A stretch of DNA of 63,549 bases, filler included, from Octopus bimaculoides (Eukaryota), in assembly GCF_001194135.2 (NCBI RefSeq). It is 6 parts of 6 records of this genome, joined end to end, with 100 filler letters (N's around TTAATTAATTAA, not from the genome) between each part and the next. Parts side by side here need not be neighbours in the genome. Positions count along the whole stretch, not along the records: positions 42,535 to 56,058 come from NC_069005.1; positions 56,159 to 60,048 come from NW_026348204.1; positions 60,149 to 63,549 come from NC_068989.1; 3 more parts are not named here. One strand, written 5' to 3'. This document shows, piece by piece, positions 51,706-63,549 of this stretch (position 1 is the stretch's first letter; each line of letters begins with the position of its first letter). The translations under genes were made by a program, and so were the position numbers. The notes under the pieces were generated by a model. That model searched no databases. It worked only from the letters and a program-made list of their open reading frames with translations, and was not told the origin of the DNA.

Positions 51706-52221
51706 ACACAAGGTCGGCTTTGACTGAGGAAATGCAGAACGAGGTCGAAACATCACGGTACAGCGTCAAAGTCCGTTTCCGCCGGTGAATTGCATTTGCT
51801 GTGAAGAGACATCTTGTTAAGGGCGGAGGTAATCTCTGATGACGAAAAACAATAACGATCAGCATATTCAGGTTCGAATCTGCCAGGAGGAATCAAGAAT
51901 ACGTTATTAAGTTTTTTTTTTTTAGATATTTGAAATATACAGCAAAATATAGCTGTGTAAAGCAAAAAGATGTTTGTGACTGAAAATCTCTCCTTTTGTT
52001 GCCTTTAAATTAGGATGACAGTGACCAACGTTTAACCAAAAACAGCACCAAAAATATTGTTAATGGTGACTGTAGCAACAGCAGCAACAACAGCAACAGC
52101 AACGGTAGCAGCAACGGAAGCAGCAGCAGCAGCAGCAGCAATCAGAACAACAAAAGCAGCAAGATATAAGAACGAAAACTAACGCCTCTGCCGGACACTA
52201 GTGGAGTTAAAAATCTGTCTG

Positions 52222-52285
<64 letters not shown>

Positions 52286-52307
52286 GCTAGCTAGCTAGCT
52301 ATCTGTT

Positions 52308-52338
<31 letters not shown>

Positions 52339-52792
52339 GATGAGAGACAGAAAATGGAATTCAAGAGACTCTTTATTCAAGACCACTACAATCGTTTCCA
52401 CACGTTAAGCACCCACACCTGACAGGTGAGATGCTACACTATCAATTCTCATACATTAAAAATGCAAATGCGTCTCCTCAGTCACCTCTCAAACAAAAAC
52501 CACCTCGTTTTCATCTTGCCGTTTCGCTTATTTGCATTACAATACATTTTAGTTTGTGTAGCATTCCATCCGACTCCACCATGACATGAGATAGAATCTC
52601 TGCTGTTGACATCAGGTAGCCGAATACTGTGGACGGTCTTTATACAGCACACTGCAAGGTGTCTACACAAATATCGAATTATTAGTATTTATATACATAC
52701 ATACATGCATACATACACACACACACATATATAATACATATATAAATGTATACATACATATATATATATGTATAGATATGCTTATGTATATA

Positions 52793-52918
<126 letters not shown>

Positions 52919-54303
52919 TATAAATACATATCTGTACACATTCACAAACACACACTCACTCACACACACAATCACACAAATACACACACACATACATATA
53001 CATATATGTATATACATATGTATGTATGTATATATATATATGTATATATATTACATATATATATATATGTGTATGTGTGTGTGTGTATGTACATATATAC
53101 AGCTACCCACTATTATACATACATACGTTCAGATGGCTGACAATTGCCATAAACAAAAGGTAATTTAGCTGCGACATGAAACAATAAGAATATTTGTAAA
53201 AAAGGACGGCGTTTGGAAAATGAATTTTTGTGAATTAATCTTGGAATTGTTCACTTGAAGTTGGAGCTGTAAAAGATAACATTAGCAAGCGATGTAGAAT
53301 AGCGGCGGCGGCGGCGGCGGTGAAGATGATGGGTGCCGGGGTGGTAGTGGAAGGCTGGCAGAGGGTGCGAGGTAGAATGGTGAAAGAGGGAGAGTTGGCG
53401 GCGGCGGCGGCGAGGCGTAGGTGAGGTGGAGGCGAGGTGGTGAACGAAATTTTTAAGAGGGAAGAATGTCAAAACGTGTCGCAAGACGAATAATTGATGC
53501 CGAGTGAAAATGACGAGATGCCTTCCAGCGACGAGAGATTAACAAATAAACTTCTGCTGTTGTCTTTTCGTAACGGTTTATATAGAATGAGTGGGAGTAG
53601 GAGGAGAAGGAGGAGGTTGAGAAATGATGGGGAATGGGAGGAGGAGGTGGGGGTAAGCAGGTGATGATAGAGCCGTGTAATAGATGGAAGTGAGGGTGGT
53701 AGTAGTGGTGGTGGTGGTGGCGTAGCGATGTTTAAGGTAATGTGGGTAAGGTATACGTTGTAGCAGTGTGGTGGCGGGTGGNNNNNNNNNNNNNNNNNNN
53801 NNNNNNNNNNNNNNNNNNNNNNNNNNNNNNNNNNNNNNNNNNNNNNNNNNNNNNNNNNNNNNNNNNNNNNNNNNNNNNNNNNNNNNNNNNNNNNNNNNNN
53901 NNNNNNNNNNNNNNNNNNNNNNNNNNNNNNNNNNNNNNNNNNNNNNNNNNNNNNNNNNNNNNNNNNNNNNNNNNNNNNNNNNNNNNNNNNNNNNNNNNNN
54001 NNNNNNNNNNNNNNNNNNNNNNNNNNNNNNNNNNNNNNNNNNNNNNNNNNNNNNNNNNNNNNNNNNNNNNNNNNNNNNNNNNNNNNNNNNNNNNNNNNNN
54101 NNNNNNNNNNNNNNNNNNNNNNNNNNNNNNNNNNNNNNNNNNNNNNNNNNNNNNNNNNNNNNNNNNNNNNNNNNNNNNNNNNNNNNNNNNNNNNNNNNNN
54201 NNNNNNNNNNNNNNNNNNNNNNNNNNNNNNNNNNNNNNNNNNNNNNNNNNNNNNNNNNNNNNNNNNNNNNNNNNNNNNNNNNNNNNNNNNNNNNNNNNNN
54301 NNN

Positions 54304-54335
<32 letters not shown>

Positions 54336-54427
54336 GAAATTTATAGAAAAACAAAAAGACGAAGACGGCAGGTATAGGAACAACGAGCAAGTGTATTAGT
54401 TTCACGCTCAGGAAAAAAGGAAAAAGA

Positions 54428-54463
54428 CTTTTACGTTTCGAGCCTACGCTCTTCAACAGAAAG
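54428..54463 (-). ncRNA. Minimal hammerhead motif with A6U core (CUGUUGA), in a solo pLTR (about 54375-54480)
   Basis: Reverse complement CUUU-CUGUUGA-A-GAGC(guag)GCUC-GAAA-C-GUA-AAAG. Same family as 33667-33702. Confidence 0.65.
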
Positions 54464-54823
54464 GAATAAGAGGAAAGAGAGAGAGAGATTATAAAATATG
54501 TGCTGAGTTCAGATGTCCAGCATGGCGAATGATTTTTATATATATACTTATACACATGCACATATATATGAAAATCTATGAGGATTACTTAATATAGTAT
54601 TTTAAAAAATGCTACGAATTTTTTTTATGAGCACGTTCCTACCCTTGTTTTTGGGTAAGAAGTTTTTTTTCTTGTGTGTGAGCGCTTTCGTTAAACCTTT
54701 TCAAACATATATATTCCTTTGGCTGAGATGCTCCACCTCACCCTCTCTACTCTTCCGGTCACTTGAACACGTTACCAGTGGAATAACATCTAGAAGTAGG
54801 GACGATGACAACAGGATTCTTTC

Positions 54824-54970
54824 AGTTTCCGTCTACCAAATCCAGTCACAAGGCTCTGGTCGTCTCGAGGCTATAGAAAAAGACACTTGCCCAAGTTGCC
54901 CCGCAGTGGGACAGAACCCGAGACTGTGTGGTTGGGAAGCAAACTTCTTACCACATAGCCACGCCTGCGC
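54824..54970 (-). mobile_element. SINE family B, 5' half including the tRNA-like head
   Basis: Reverse complement GCGCAGGCGTGGCTATGTGGTAAGAAG...GGGTTCTGTCCCACTGCG...TTGGGCAAGTGTCTT. Confidence 0.85.
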
Positions 54971-55222
54971 ATGGATGTTGTCGTTGTTGTTGTTGTTTTT
55001 TTATAGTAACAAGAAGGAGCAAGCTTATTGTTAAAACTCTTCAAACGCTACTTTGAATTGTCTACTCCAATATCCTGCATTATTCCATCTAGTGGAATTG
55101 GATTTGAGAATTCATTGAAGACGAGTTCGTCAAAGAAACGAAGCTTTGGTAACTGTTCTACTCAGTATTCGAACCGTCGACATTATTGCAAGAATTCCTC
55201 TTCTCCCACCCTCTCTCTTTCT

Positions 55223-55322
<100 letters not shown>

Positions 55323-55825
55323 CGAGTGTGTATACACACCGCACACACACAGACACACAGATAGACAGATGGACATACAGCGTATATTGTATGCATAGCA
55401 TGCAATCGAACCGGATATTACGTAATAGATAAAACCAGCTGCACCCGAAGCACATGGCAAATCTGCACTCAGAGACGCTGCTCTGTACTCGTGCATCGCT
55501 TATCAAAAAATTTGAATTACGGGTGGGGAATGGGTAAACGTGACTCTAAACTATGATATCGGTAGGTGGGGGTGGGGGAGAAGGTGCAAGTAAAATGCAC
55601 GCTGAGTCCCGGGTAGATATGGCATCAGTGATAGTACTGAGTAAATGAGCGTGTATGTAGCGGATGCCTATGTGTATACAAGAAGGATGTATATGTGTGG
55701 GTGTATATATAGGGTTGCAATTAAACTTGATTCCCTCCTTTTGTTCCTTCACATTCCACGTTGATAAGGAAAAAAAATTCTTGGTGAGTTGAAATCTTTT
55801 TTGGGTGACAGCAAAAAGGCTGGTA

Positions 55826-55975
55826 ATGATGTATTTCACTGGTGCCTAATTTATCGACCCCGAAAGGATGAAACGCAAAGTCGACTTCGGCGGAATTCGA
55901 AATCAGAACGTAGCGACGGGCGAAATACAGCTAAGCATTTCGTCCAGCGTGCTAACGATTCTGCCAGCTCGCCGC
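55826..55975 (-). mobile_element. SINE family A
   Basis: ...GCTAACGATTCTGCCAGCTCGCCGC, followed by (AAC)(AAT)n. Confidence 0.9.
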
Positions 55976-55996
55976 TTTGACAACAACAACAACAAC

Positions 55997-56058
<62 letters not shown>

Positions 56059-56340
56059 NNNNNNNNNNNNNNNNNNNNNNNNNNNNNNNNNNNNNNNNNN
56101 NNTTAATTAATTAANNNNNNNNNNNNNNNNNNNNNNNNNNNNNNNNNNNNNNNNNNNNCACGTGCATACACACATACATGCATATACATGCATGTATATA
56201 TATATATATATATGTATGTATATACAAATACATACATACGTACATACATATAAACGTGTAGGTGCAAACATGTGCATACATACATGTAGTCAATGAGATC
56301 AGTCTCCTGTTACCTGGACTGAATGCTATTATCTGAGGTA

Positions 56341-56370
56341 TTAGGGTTAGGGTTAGGGTTAGGGTTAGGG
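56341..56370 (+). repeat. Interstitial telomeric repeat (TTAGGG)5
   Basis: Five perfect units. Confidence 0.95.
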
Positions 56371-57009
56371 TATTTAGTACAGGTGATTAGGGAAACAGGC
56401 AGGCTCAATGGTCTCGAGTTTGGTTGAGTAAAGTTGATAAGAAATGGAAAATTGTAAGGTAGCGTGATGAGATAAACAGCAGGCGATATAAAGACAGCAG
56501 TAATAACATCAACAACATGGATATTGAAACGGTTATTAGAGAAGATTACACGCTTATATAGACAGCACCTTTCGCCCTTTTTATGTTGTTATATCTATGC
56601 ATATATACGGATATACGTATGTGCACATGTACATACGTGCATGCTTTGATATTTTGTTCCCTTCGTGTTTAGACATAGGTACAAAGAACAAAAAAAACCC
56701 CAGAAATATTCAGCCAGCTCGAAGATACACTCACGTACACACGCGCACGCGTGATGTGAATGGAAGGGGAGGTAATCACCCAACTCAAGAATTCTTGGAA
56801 GCCGACATTTTATTAAAGGTAAGAGGACAGCAGTGGATCCATATTTCATTCTCGGTAGACCACGTGCATGCATAAATACATACATGTATACATGCGCTAA
56901 TACATACATACACGCATACATATATACATACATGCATGCATGCATGCATACATACATGCATACATACATACATACATACATCCATACATACATACATGCA
57001 TACATACAT

Positions 57010-57310
57010 AACAGCATAATGTTGAAGATAAGAGAGAAAGAAAACATCTATGCTGAACTATTCAGAAATCTGCAGTTACTCTATCCAGATTACAAGTTCA
57101 GGTTTGTACCTGTAATTATTGGGACCCTGGAATATGTAACACACTACCTAAAAACCAATCTTGAAAAATTCGGCTTCTCAAAACCAGAAAGGAGAAAGTT
57201 AATTCGAAGACTACAGATCCAGTCCATCACTGGAACTGTAAAAATCTGTAAAACTTTCTAGAAGTTTATCATTTAAATATATATGAGTATGTCTAGATAT
57301 GTAGCTATAT
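57010..57310 (+). mobile_element. R4/Dong C-terminal coding end plus 3' UTR start
   Basis: KIREKENIYAEL..FVPVIIGTL..LEKFGF..LQIQSITGTVKICKTF then stop; preceded by (TACA)n. Confidence 0.75.
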
Positions 57311-58463
57311 GCGTAAACAAACGTTATGCAAACGTTTGTTTACGTTCCGTAACTTAGCGGTTCGCCCTGAAAGGTTTTTAGACGAACGAATTGACTGAAG
57401 AATTCTTGGAAGCCTAGAAATTATTCTATTGCGCTTTTATGCCGAACCGCACTGAGTGGAACAAGTAAAAGATAATAGACACACANNNNNNNNNNNNNNN
57501 NNNNNNNNNNNNNNNNNNNNNNNNNNNNNNNNNNNNNNNNNNNNNNNNNNNNNNNNNNNNNNNNNNNNNNNNNNNNNNNNNNNNNNNNNNNNNNNNNNNN
57601 NNNNNNNNNNNNNNNNNNNNNNNNNNNNNNNNNNNNNNNNNNNNNNNNNNNNNNNNNNNNNNNNNNNNNNNNNNNNNNNNNNNNNNNNNNNNNNNNNNNN
57701 NNNNNNNNNNNNNNNNNNNNNNNNNNNNNNNNNNNNNNNNNNNNNNNNNNNNNNNNNNNNNNNNNATATATATATATATATATATATACATACATACACA
57801 CCCACACTTATACACTCTACATACACGCACATACTCACACACATAAACACCCACTTACACACACTCACATACACACACATATATACATAATTGTTTATTT
57901 GTATCAGTGCGAAAATAAACATATCTTGTGTTATGTCGAATTTGTTTGGTTGTTGTTTCACCTGATAGCAGGTAATTGCGGTATCTTTTGATCTTGTTGA
58001 CTTGAAGGTGAGAACAATGTATTGCTTGCTATTTCCTTACCACGTTACATCCTGAGAAGCGTCGTTTAACTAAATGATATCCACCCGGGTACTGATGCAA
58101 ACACACAAACGTACCTCGTTGTTTGTACGTAACTTCTAAAACGGTAGACACATATACATACGTATGTACGTTCATACACATACACATATACATACATACA
58201 TACATACATACATACATACATACGCATATATACATATATAGATGCAAAATATGGCAAGCATTCCAGACGTTTAACCTGTAATAATTGTAAATACGCGCGT
58301 GTAAACATGTGAACATATCTAGGTGTAGACTGACATAAGTCAAAATATACTGACGTGCACGTACAATTACATCTATGGTTGTTGACGTACATTCGTGTAC
58401 ACATACTTAGAAATATATATACATATGTATGCACATAAACACGTATATACACATACATATATT

Positions 58464-58582
<119 letters not shown>

Positions 58583-59639
58583 AAATGGAGGGGAATATGT
58601 GGTATTCATTAACTTGCAGGCATTGTATTATGTCAATTTACCTGTTTATTTTTTAACTAAGAGGACAATAAAAACAATATACAAACACATGTGACATATT
58701 ATGTCATATCAGTAATTAAAAGGACATCTAGTGACCGAAGATGGGACAATGTCTTACACCTGTTTCAGTCTAGGGGTGACATGCCTCATTCTATCTCTAT
58801 AACTCCAATATGCTGAACTAATTGATAGATGAAATAGATGAAATAAAGGTACATGTATGATTCTCTAGGCCTCTTCAGAGATTTTACAAAGTTCATGACA
58901 ATATCCAAATATAAACATATAAAAAAATCGTAAAAACTCACATATATATGCATACTTTAACATATATAGATATACATAAATAAACATAAATACATGAATG
59001 CATATATGTACATTTAAATGTACATACATAAATGTCTATAATGTATGTATATATACATGCACGCACATATTTGGGGAAAGATTTTCTTAAATTAAAAATT
59101 ATTGATGATATAAAACAATTTTTAAAAATCTAAACGATGCGAACGCTTTGGAGAAAGGTTTTGTATTGTCTATAAGCTCTTTCGCTGTTTGTAGTTTTTC
59201 AGACACACGTGTTATAGGGTTATCCGTATAGAAGAATTTGATTTTAGCAGTAGCGTTGACTTCGGTTTAGTTTTGGATTTAGTATTCTTATAAAGTATTC
59301 CTCTTTTACCTTCCGTAGTTGATCATTTTATTCTTTTCCCATTTGCTCAAATATCTAGACACACACATACATAATGGGCCATACCCGTCGATTTCGACGC
59401 ACGAAGATTCAACTACTCATTGAAGTGTTCCGTCGTTGTGTCTGCGATGAAACATCGGCTATAGACTTACAAACAAAACCACAGTGCTCACAAACCAGGG
59501 ACAATTTGGATTCCAGTTTTTGTTTTATTCTCTCCATTTTTTTAGCCTATATACTCTTGAAAACTTGAAGTCTTTTATAATATTTTAGCATCATTTTCTC
59601 CATAATTTCTGATCTCGTGCCTCTCTGTTGCTTTTAGTA

Positions 59640-60048
59640 ATCATTGGTAGAATCGTTTATCGGTGGTTGTTAAAATGAAGTACCAGGCAAGTACTAGGGT
59701 CAATTTAATCGACTAATTTCCTCTTCAAGAATTTCAGTCCTAGTGTCTTAGTCAGTTGCAACTGAAGGTCGTTGGATTGGCAAAATCGTTAGAGCATACG
59801 GTATTTGTTCTGGATCTTAACGTTCTGAGTTCGAATTCCGCAGAGGTCGACTTTTTCGACTTTCATCCTCTGGAATTAATAAAAAAAAAAAAAAAGATAT
59901 GGTATTGACTAATTCCCTCCAAATTACTGGCCCTGTGTCAAATGTGTCCAATTAGAAACCGTTATCGTTGTTGAGCGAACTGGCAGAATCTTTAGCAGAA
60001 CGGGCAAAATGCCATTTCGCCCCTCTTTACGTTGTGAATTCAAATTCC
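59640..60048 (+). mobile_element. Cluster of decayed SINE family A fragments
   Basis: Heads at about 59645, 59775 and 59975, with GTTCGAATTCC / TTCAAATTCC B-boxes. Confidence 0.7.
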
Positions 60049-60153
60049 NNNNNNNNNNNNNNNNNNNNNNNNNNNNNNNNNNNNNNNNNNNNTTAATTAA
60101 TTAANNNNNNNNNNNNNNNNNNNNNNNNNNNNNNNNNNNNNNNNNNNNATATA

Positions 60154-60945
60154 CAGGGTGTTTCAAAAAATGTGATGTCCTTTGAGATGTAAATGTTACA
60201 GAAACTACATATTCAAAGCAAATGAAATTAAGCAGGCTTAATGTTGAGCAACATGAGATTTATTCCTTCACATTTGAATGAGAAACTCAAAGGTATGTGG
60301 ATTCCATGAAGGGAAAGAAAAACGGGCCATGAATATGCTTCTTGGAGATGGTGCAGAACACATTCACTTTTGATGAGTCCCTCTCATGCTCAACTGTGGC
60401 ATGGGGATTTTCTACGCCCCTAATGCGAACAGTACGCTTATTGAGACTTTGCCATTCGTATGAAATGTGGCCTCGTCACTGAAAACAAGACGTTCTTTGA
60501 ACTGGGCTTCTTCAAGTTTCTCTTGCATATCAACATAGAATTGTTTGCACTTTCGCTTGTCATCTGCCGTTAAGGCCTGAACGAGCTGCAGCTTGTAGAG
60601 TTTCATTAGCCAGCTTTTCCTCAAGACACGCCAAACTGTCGTTGGAGGAATCTAGGTTTCCAGATTTGTTCTTTTTATGAACTTCTCGGGGCTTCGCAAG
60701 AGTTTTGGCCAACCCGCTCGACAGGTGTCTTACGATGATGTGGTCGTCCAGATACCTTTGCCCTGCACAGACAGCCTTCCTCTTTGAATTTTTTTGTGCC
60801 ATGTCCAAATCTGCATTGCCGTTGGTGAATTTTTAGATAGCTCTCTTACAAATGCACGCTGCACAGTCTTGTTCGACTGTATTCGAGCATACTCCAACAC
60901 ACAAAATGCCTTTTCTATTGCAGTGAATGCCATTTCTTTACCTGA
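60154..60945 (-). mobile_element. IS630-Tc1-mariner transposase remnant with a DUF4817-like N-terminal HTH
   Basis: TA-CAGGGTGTTTCAAAAAA terminus. MAFTAIEKAFCVLEYA..TVQRAF..IWTWHKK, and YKLQLVQAL..RLVFSDEATFHTNGKV. The distal catalytic region is deleted. Confidence 0.85.
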
Positions 60946-61340
60946 AAAGATAAACATATCAAACATTAAACATAAAATTTATATATATATATATAAAGTA
61001 ACAAACTGAGGAAAAGAGATCCTTCAAAGGGGTGTGTTAAACATCCAATTCACTGGTACTTCAGTTGGATTCCATATAAATATAGGTATAATGCAATTTA
61101 CAAAGGCAAATTAAATAGAGAGATATTGACAATCCAATAATTTATTTTTATTCTATTACATGATATACTATCAATATAATATAACACAATTGTTTATGTT
61201 ATATAATATTCATAGCATATCATGTAATATATATATGCATGTATGTATGTATGTATGTATGTATGTATGTATGTATGTATTGATGGATGGATGGACGGAC
61301 ACACAGACAGACAGATAGATAGACAGGCAGATAGACAGAC

Positions 61341-61404
<64 letters not shown>

Positions 61405-61679
61405 TCGGGGTTGGGAGCATGCGTATGTATACTGCTGTGTGACTGTTGGCGATCTTGTGTGCGTGTGTGTGCATATGTTACTGTTTTTGTTTTCACTGCT
61501 GTGTACATAATTATAAACAAGGTGGACGGTGGGTGTATATGTTACTGTTTCTGTTTGCACTGCTGGTGACTACCATGTGTATATACTTATAAACGAGGTG
61601 GATTGGTGGTGTATTGTTATTTATCAGGTAAATGTGTATATTACAAAACAAATTCTATAGTGAATATGTATATGTATAG

Positions 61680-62034
61680 GAACAGGTGTGGCTGTGTAGT
61701 AAAGAGCTTGCTTCCCAACCACATGGTTCCGGGTTCAGTCTCACTGCGTGGCACCTTGGGAAAGTGCCTTCTACTATAACTTCGGGCCGACCAAAGCCTT
61801 GTGAGTGGATATGGTAGATGGAAACTGAAAGAAGATATGTATATATTTATGATTTATGTGTGCGTATGTAGATGTGTATTTGTGTCTGTTTGTCCCCCAC
61901 CGCAACCACCATCGCTTGACAACCGATTTTGGTGTGTTTACGTCCCCCGTAACTTAAAGTTTCGGCAAAAGAGACCTATGGATTAAGTACTAGGCTTACA
62001 AAGAGTAAGTCCTGTGGTCAATTTGCTTGACTAA
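61680..62034 (+). mobile_element. SINE family B, near full length, 3' end replaced by a small hairpin
   Basis: Head GGTGTGGCTGTGTAGTAAAG...GGGTTCAGTC, then body to ...CTTGACTAA. Confidence 0.9.
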
Positions 62035-62064
62035 GGTGATAATACACATTATCACCCTAGTATA

Positions 62065-62333
62065 TTCTTTTATTCTTTTACTTGTTTCAGTCATTAGACT
62101 GCGGCCATGCTGGAGTATCGCCTTAAAGGATTTTAGTCGAGCAAATTGACCCCAGGACTTACTCTTTGTAAGCCTAGTACTTAATCCATAAGTCTCTTTT
62201 GCCGAAACTTTAAGTTACGGGGGACGTAAACACACCAAAATCGGTTGTCAAGCGATGGTGGTTGCGGTGGGGGACAAACAGACGCAAAGACACATATACA
62301 TACGCACACATAAATCATAAATATATACATATC
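62065..62333 (-). mobile_element. SINE family B, 3' half; near-identical inverted twin of 61834-62034
   Basis: Shares private variants (GCAACCACC insertion, AACTTAAAGTTTCGG, GGATTAAGTAC). Confidence 0.9.
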
Positions 62334-62348
62334 TGTGTGTGTGTGTGT

Positions 62349-62423
<75 letters not shown>

Positions 62424-63059
62424 GGAAATGTGTGTATATATAGGAAATGTACGTTGGTGGTTGAGTGCGTATCTGTGTGTGAGTATCTGCATCTATAACT
62501 GCATCTTCGTCTTATTTTCTGTACTATCATGTTTAGATTAAAACAGTGATACTGATAGAGAGACATCTTAAACCGTATCGAAATAAAGCCCACTCGATTA
62601 AATACTCCAACCTCTGTTGGAGCCGTGAATACTCCAAACTTTGTTCCCTCAGATGAATTGCATCGTCTCTATGATTTTTCTACTGTTACTAGAATAACAT
62701 TTGTTCATTAGAGCTGGCTAGTGTTGAAATCCCTCCACTTAGGCAATGCTGTCTTACTCGTTCCCCGCTCACTTTCGTCCCCAGACTGTGTTCTGTCCTC
62801 GGATTCCCGCGTTAGCCGTTACGTCCAGGCCTTACTCCCGCGAAAAATAAGTATTTTGGTTCTCATCTGTCTCCCTGTACACGTTCTGCATACAGTTGTC
62901 AACTTGATGCTAGTCAGCATGGACATTGACTTCATTTATCTCATCAAACTATGGAAACCTGTTAAAAGACTATGCGCAAAACACTTCCTTCTATGCCAAA
63001 TCATTACGTTTGAAGGCGTATTTTTTCTCTGAAAATCATTGTACAGCGAAATATATGTT

Positions 63060-63505
63060 TGTCTAATAATAATTCCTAATTTTGGTGCAACGCCAGCATT
63101 TCTGAGGGTAGGGTGTTGCTCGATACATCAACCCCTCTACTTGGTTAGTGTTTGTTTGATTGACCATGAAAGAATGACAGGCAAAATTGACTCCCATTGA
63201 ACTCGAACTCAGGAATTAAAGAACTGGAAGGAATGTCGTTAAGGATTATGCGCTAACGATTCTGCCAGGTTGCTACCTTATACGTTTGTGTAATAGTCCT
63301 CTCTACTATAGGCACAAGGCCTAAAATTTTGGGGAGGGGTATAGTGGATTAAATTGACCCTAGTACTCAACTGGTACTTAATTTATCGACCCTGAAACGA
63401 TGAAGGGCAAAGTCGAGCTCGGCGGAACATGTACTCAGAAAGTGGCAACGGGAGAAATACTGCTGACCATTTCGCCCGGCGTGCTAACGATTTTGCCAGC
63501 TCACC
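63060..63505 (-). mobile_element. Two tandem SINE family A copies
   Basis: Heads end at about 63275 and 63503. Confidence 0.8.
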
Positions 63506-63549
63506 AATGGGTGTAGTTTTGCCTATCTTCTATTTTTCTTATTTTATAT

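Noticed and set aside
51706-51790. Acidic ORF EEEE-DTRSALTEEMQNEVETSRYSVKVRFRR
   Set aside because: Built on (GAA)n, with no splice signals or recognisable homology.
62721-63032. 103-aa ORF and an AG...GT exon-like segment at about 62785-62850
   Set aside because: No recognisable domain and weak splice signals.

Overview
AT-rich, microsatellite-dense animal genomic DNA with many N gaps. The SINE families resemble those I know from Octopus, so a coleoid cephalopod draft assembly is inferred, not proven. No complete protein-coding gene, rRNA, true tRNA or CRISPR array is supportable. Nearly all recognisable sequence is decayed mobile DNA: Penelope-like elements (RT, GIY-YIG and pLTR pieces), R4/Dong, RTE and L1/Tx1 LINE fragments, four mariner derivatives plus other DNA-transposon MITEs, and at least five SINE-like families. 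The most notable signals are: (1) six minimal type-I hammerhead ribozyme motifs in about four Penelope pLTR families, with non-canonical cores; (2) recurrent fold-back architecture at several scales (a 784-bp palindrome, a mariner built from two left ends, an inverted SINE duplication, inverted pLTRs, snap-back hairpins at junctions); (3) a candidate head-to-head gene pair at about 45.6-46.4 kb, with two micro first coding exons, consensus splice donors and a YY1-ETS module; (4) a SINE tail apparently shared with a Tx1/L1 3' end. Coordinates of decayed repeats are approximate (about 10-20 bp), and all identities are estimated by eye.
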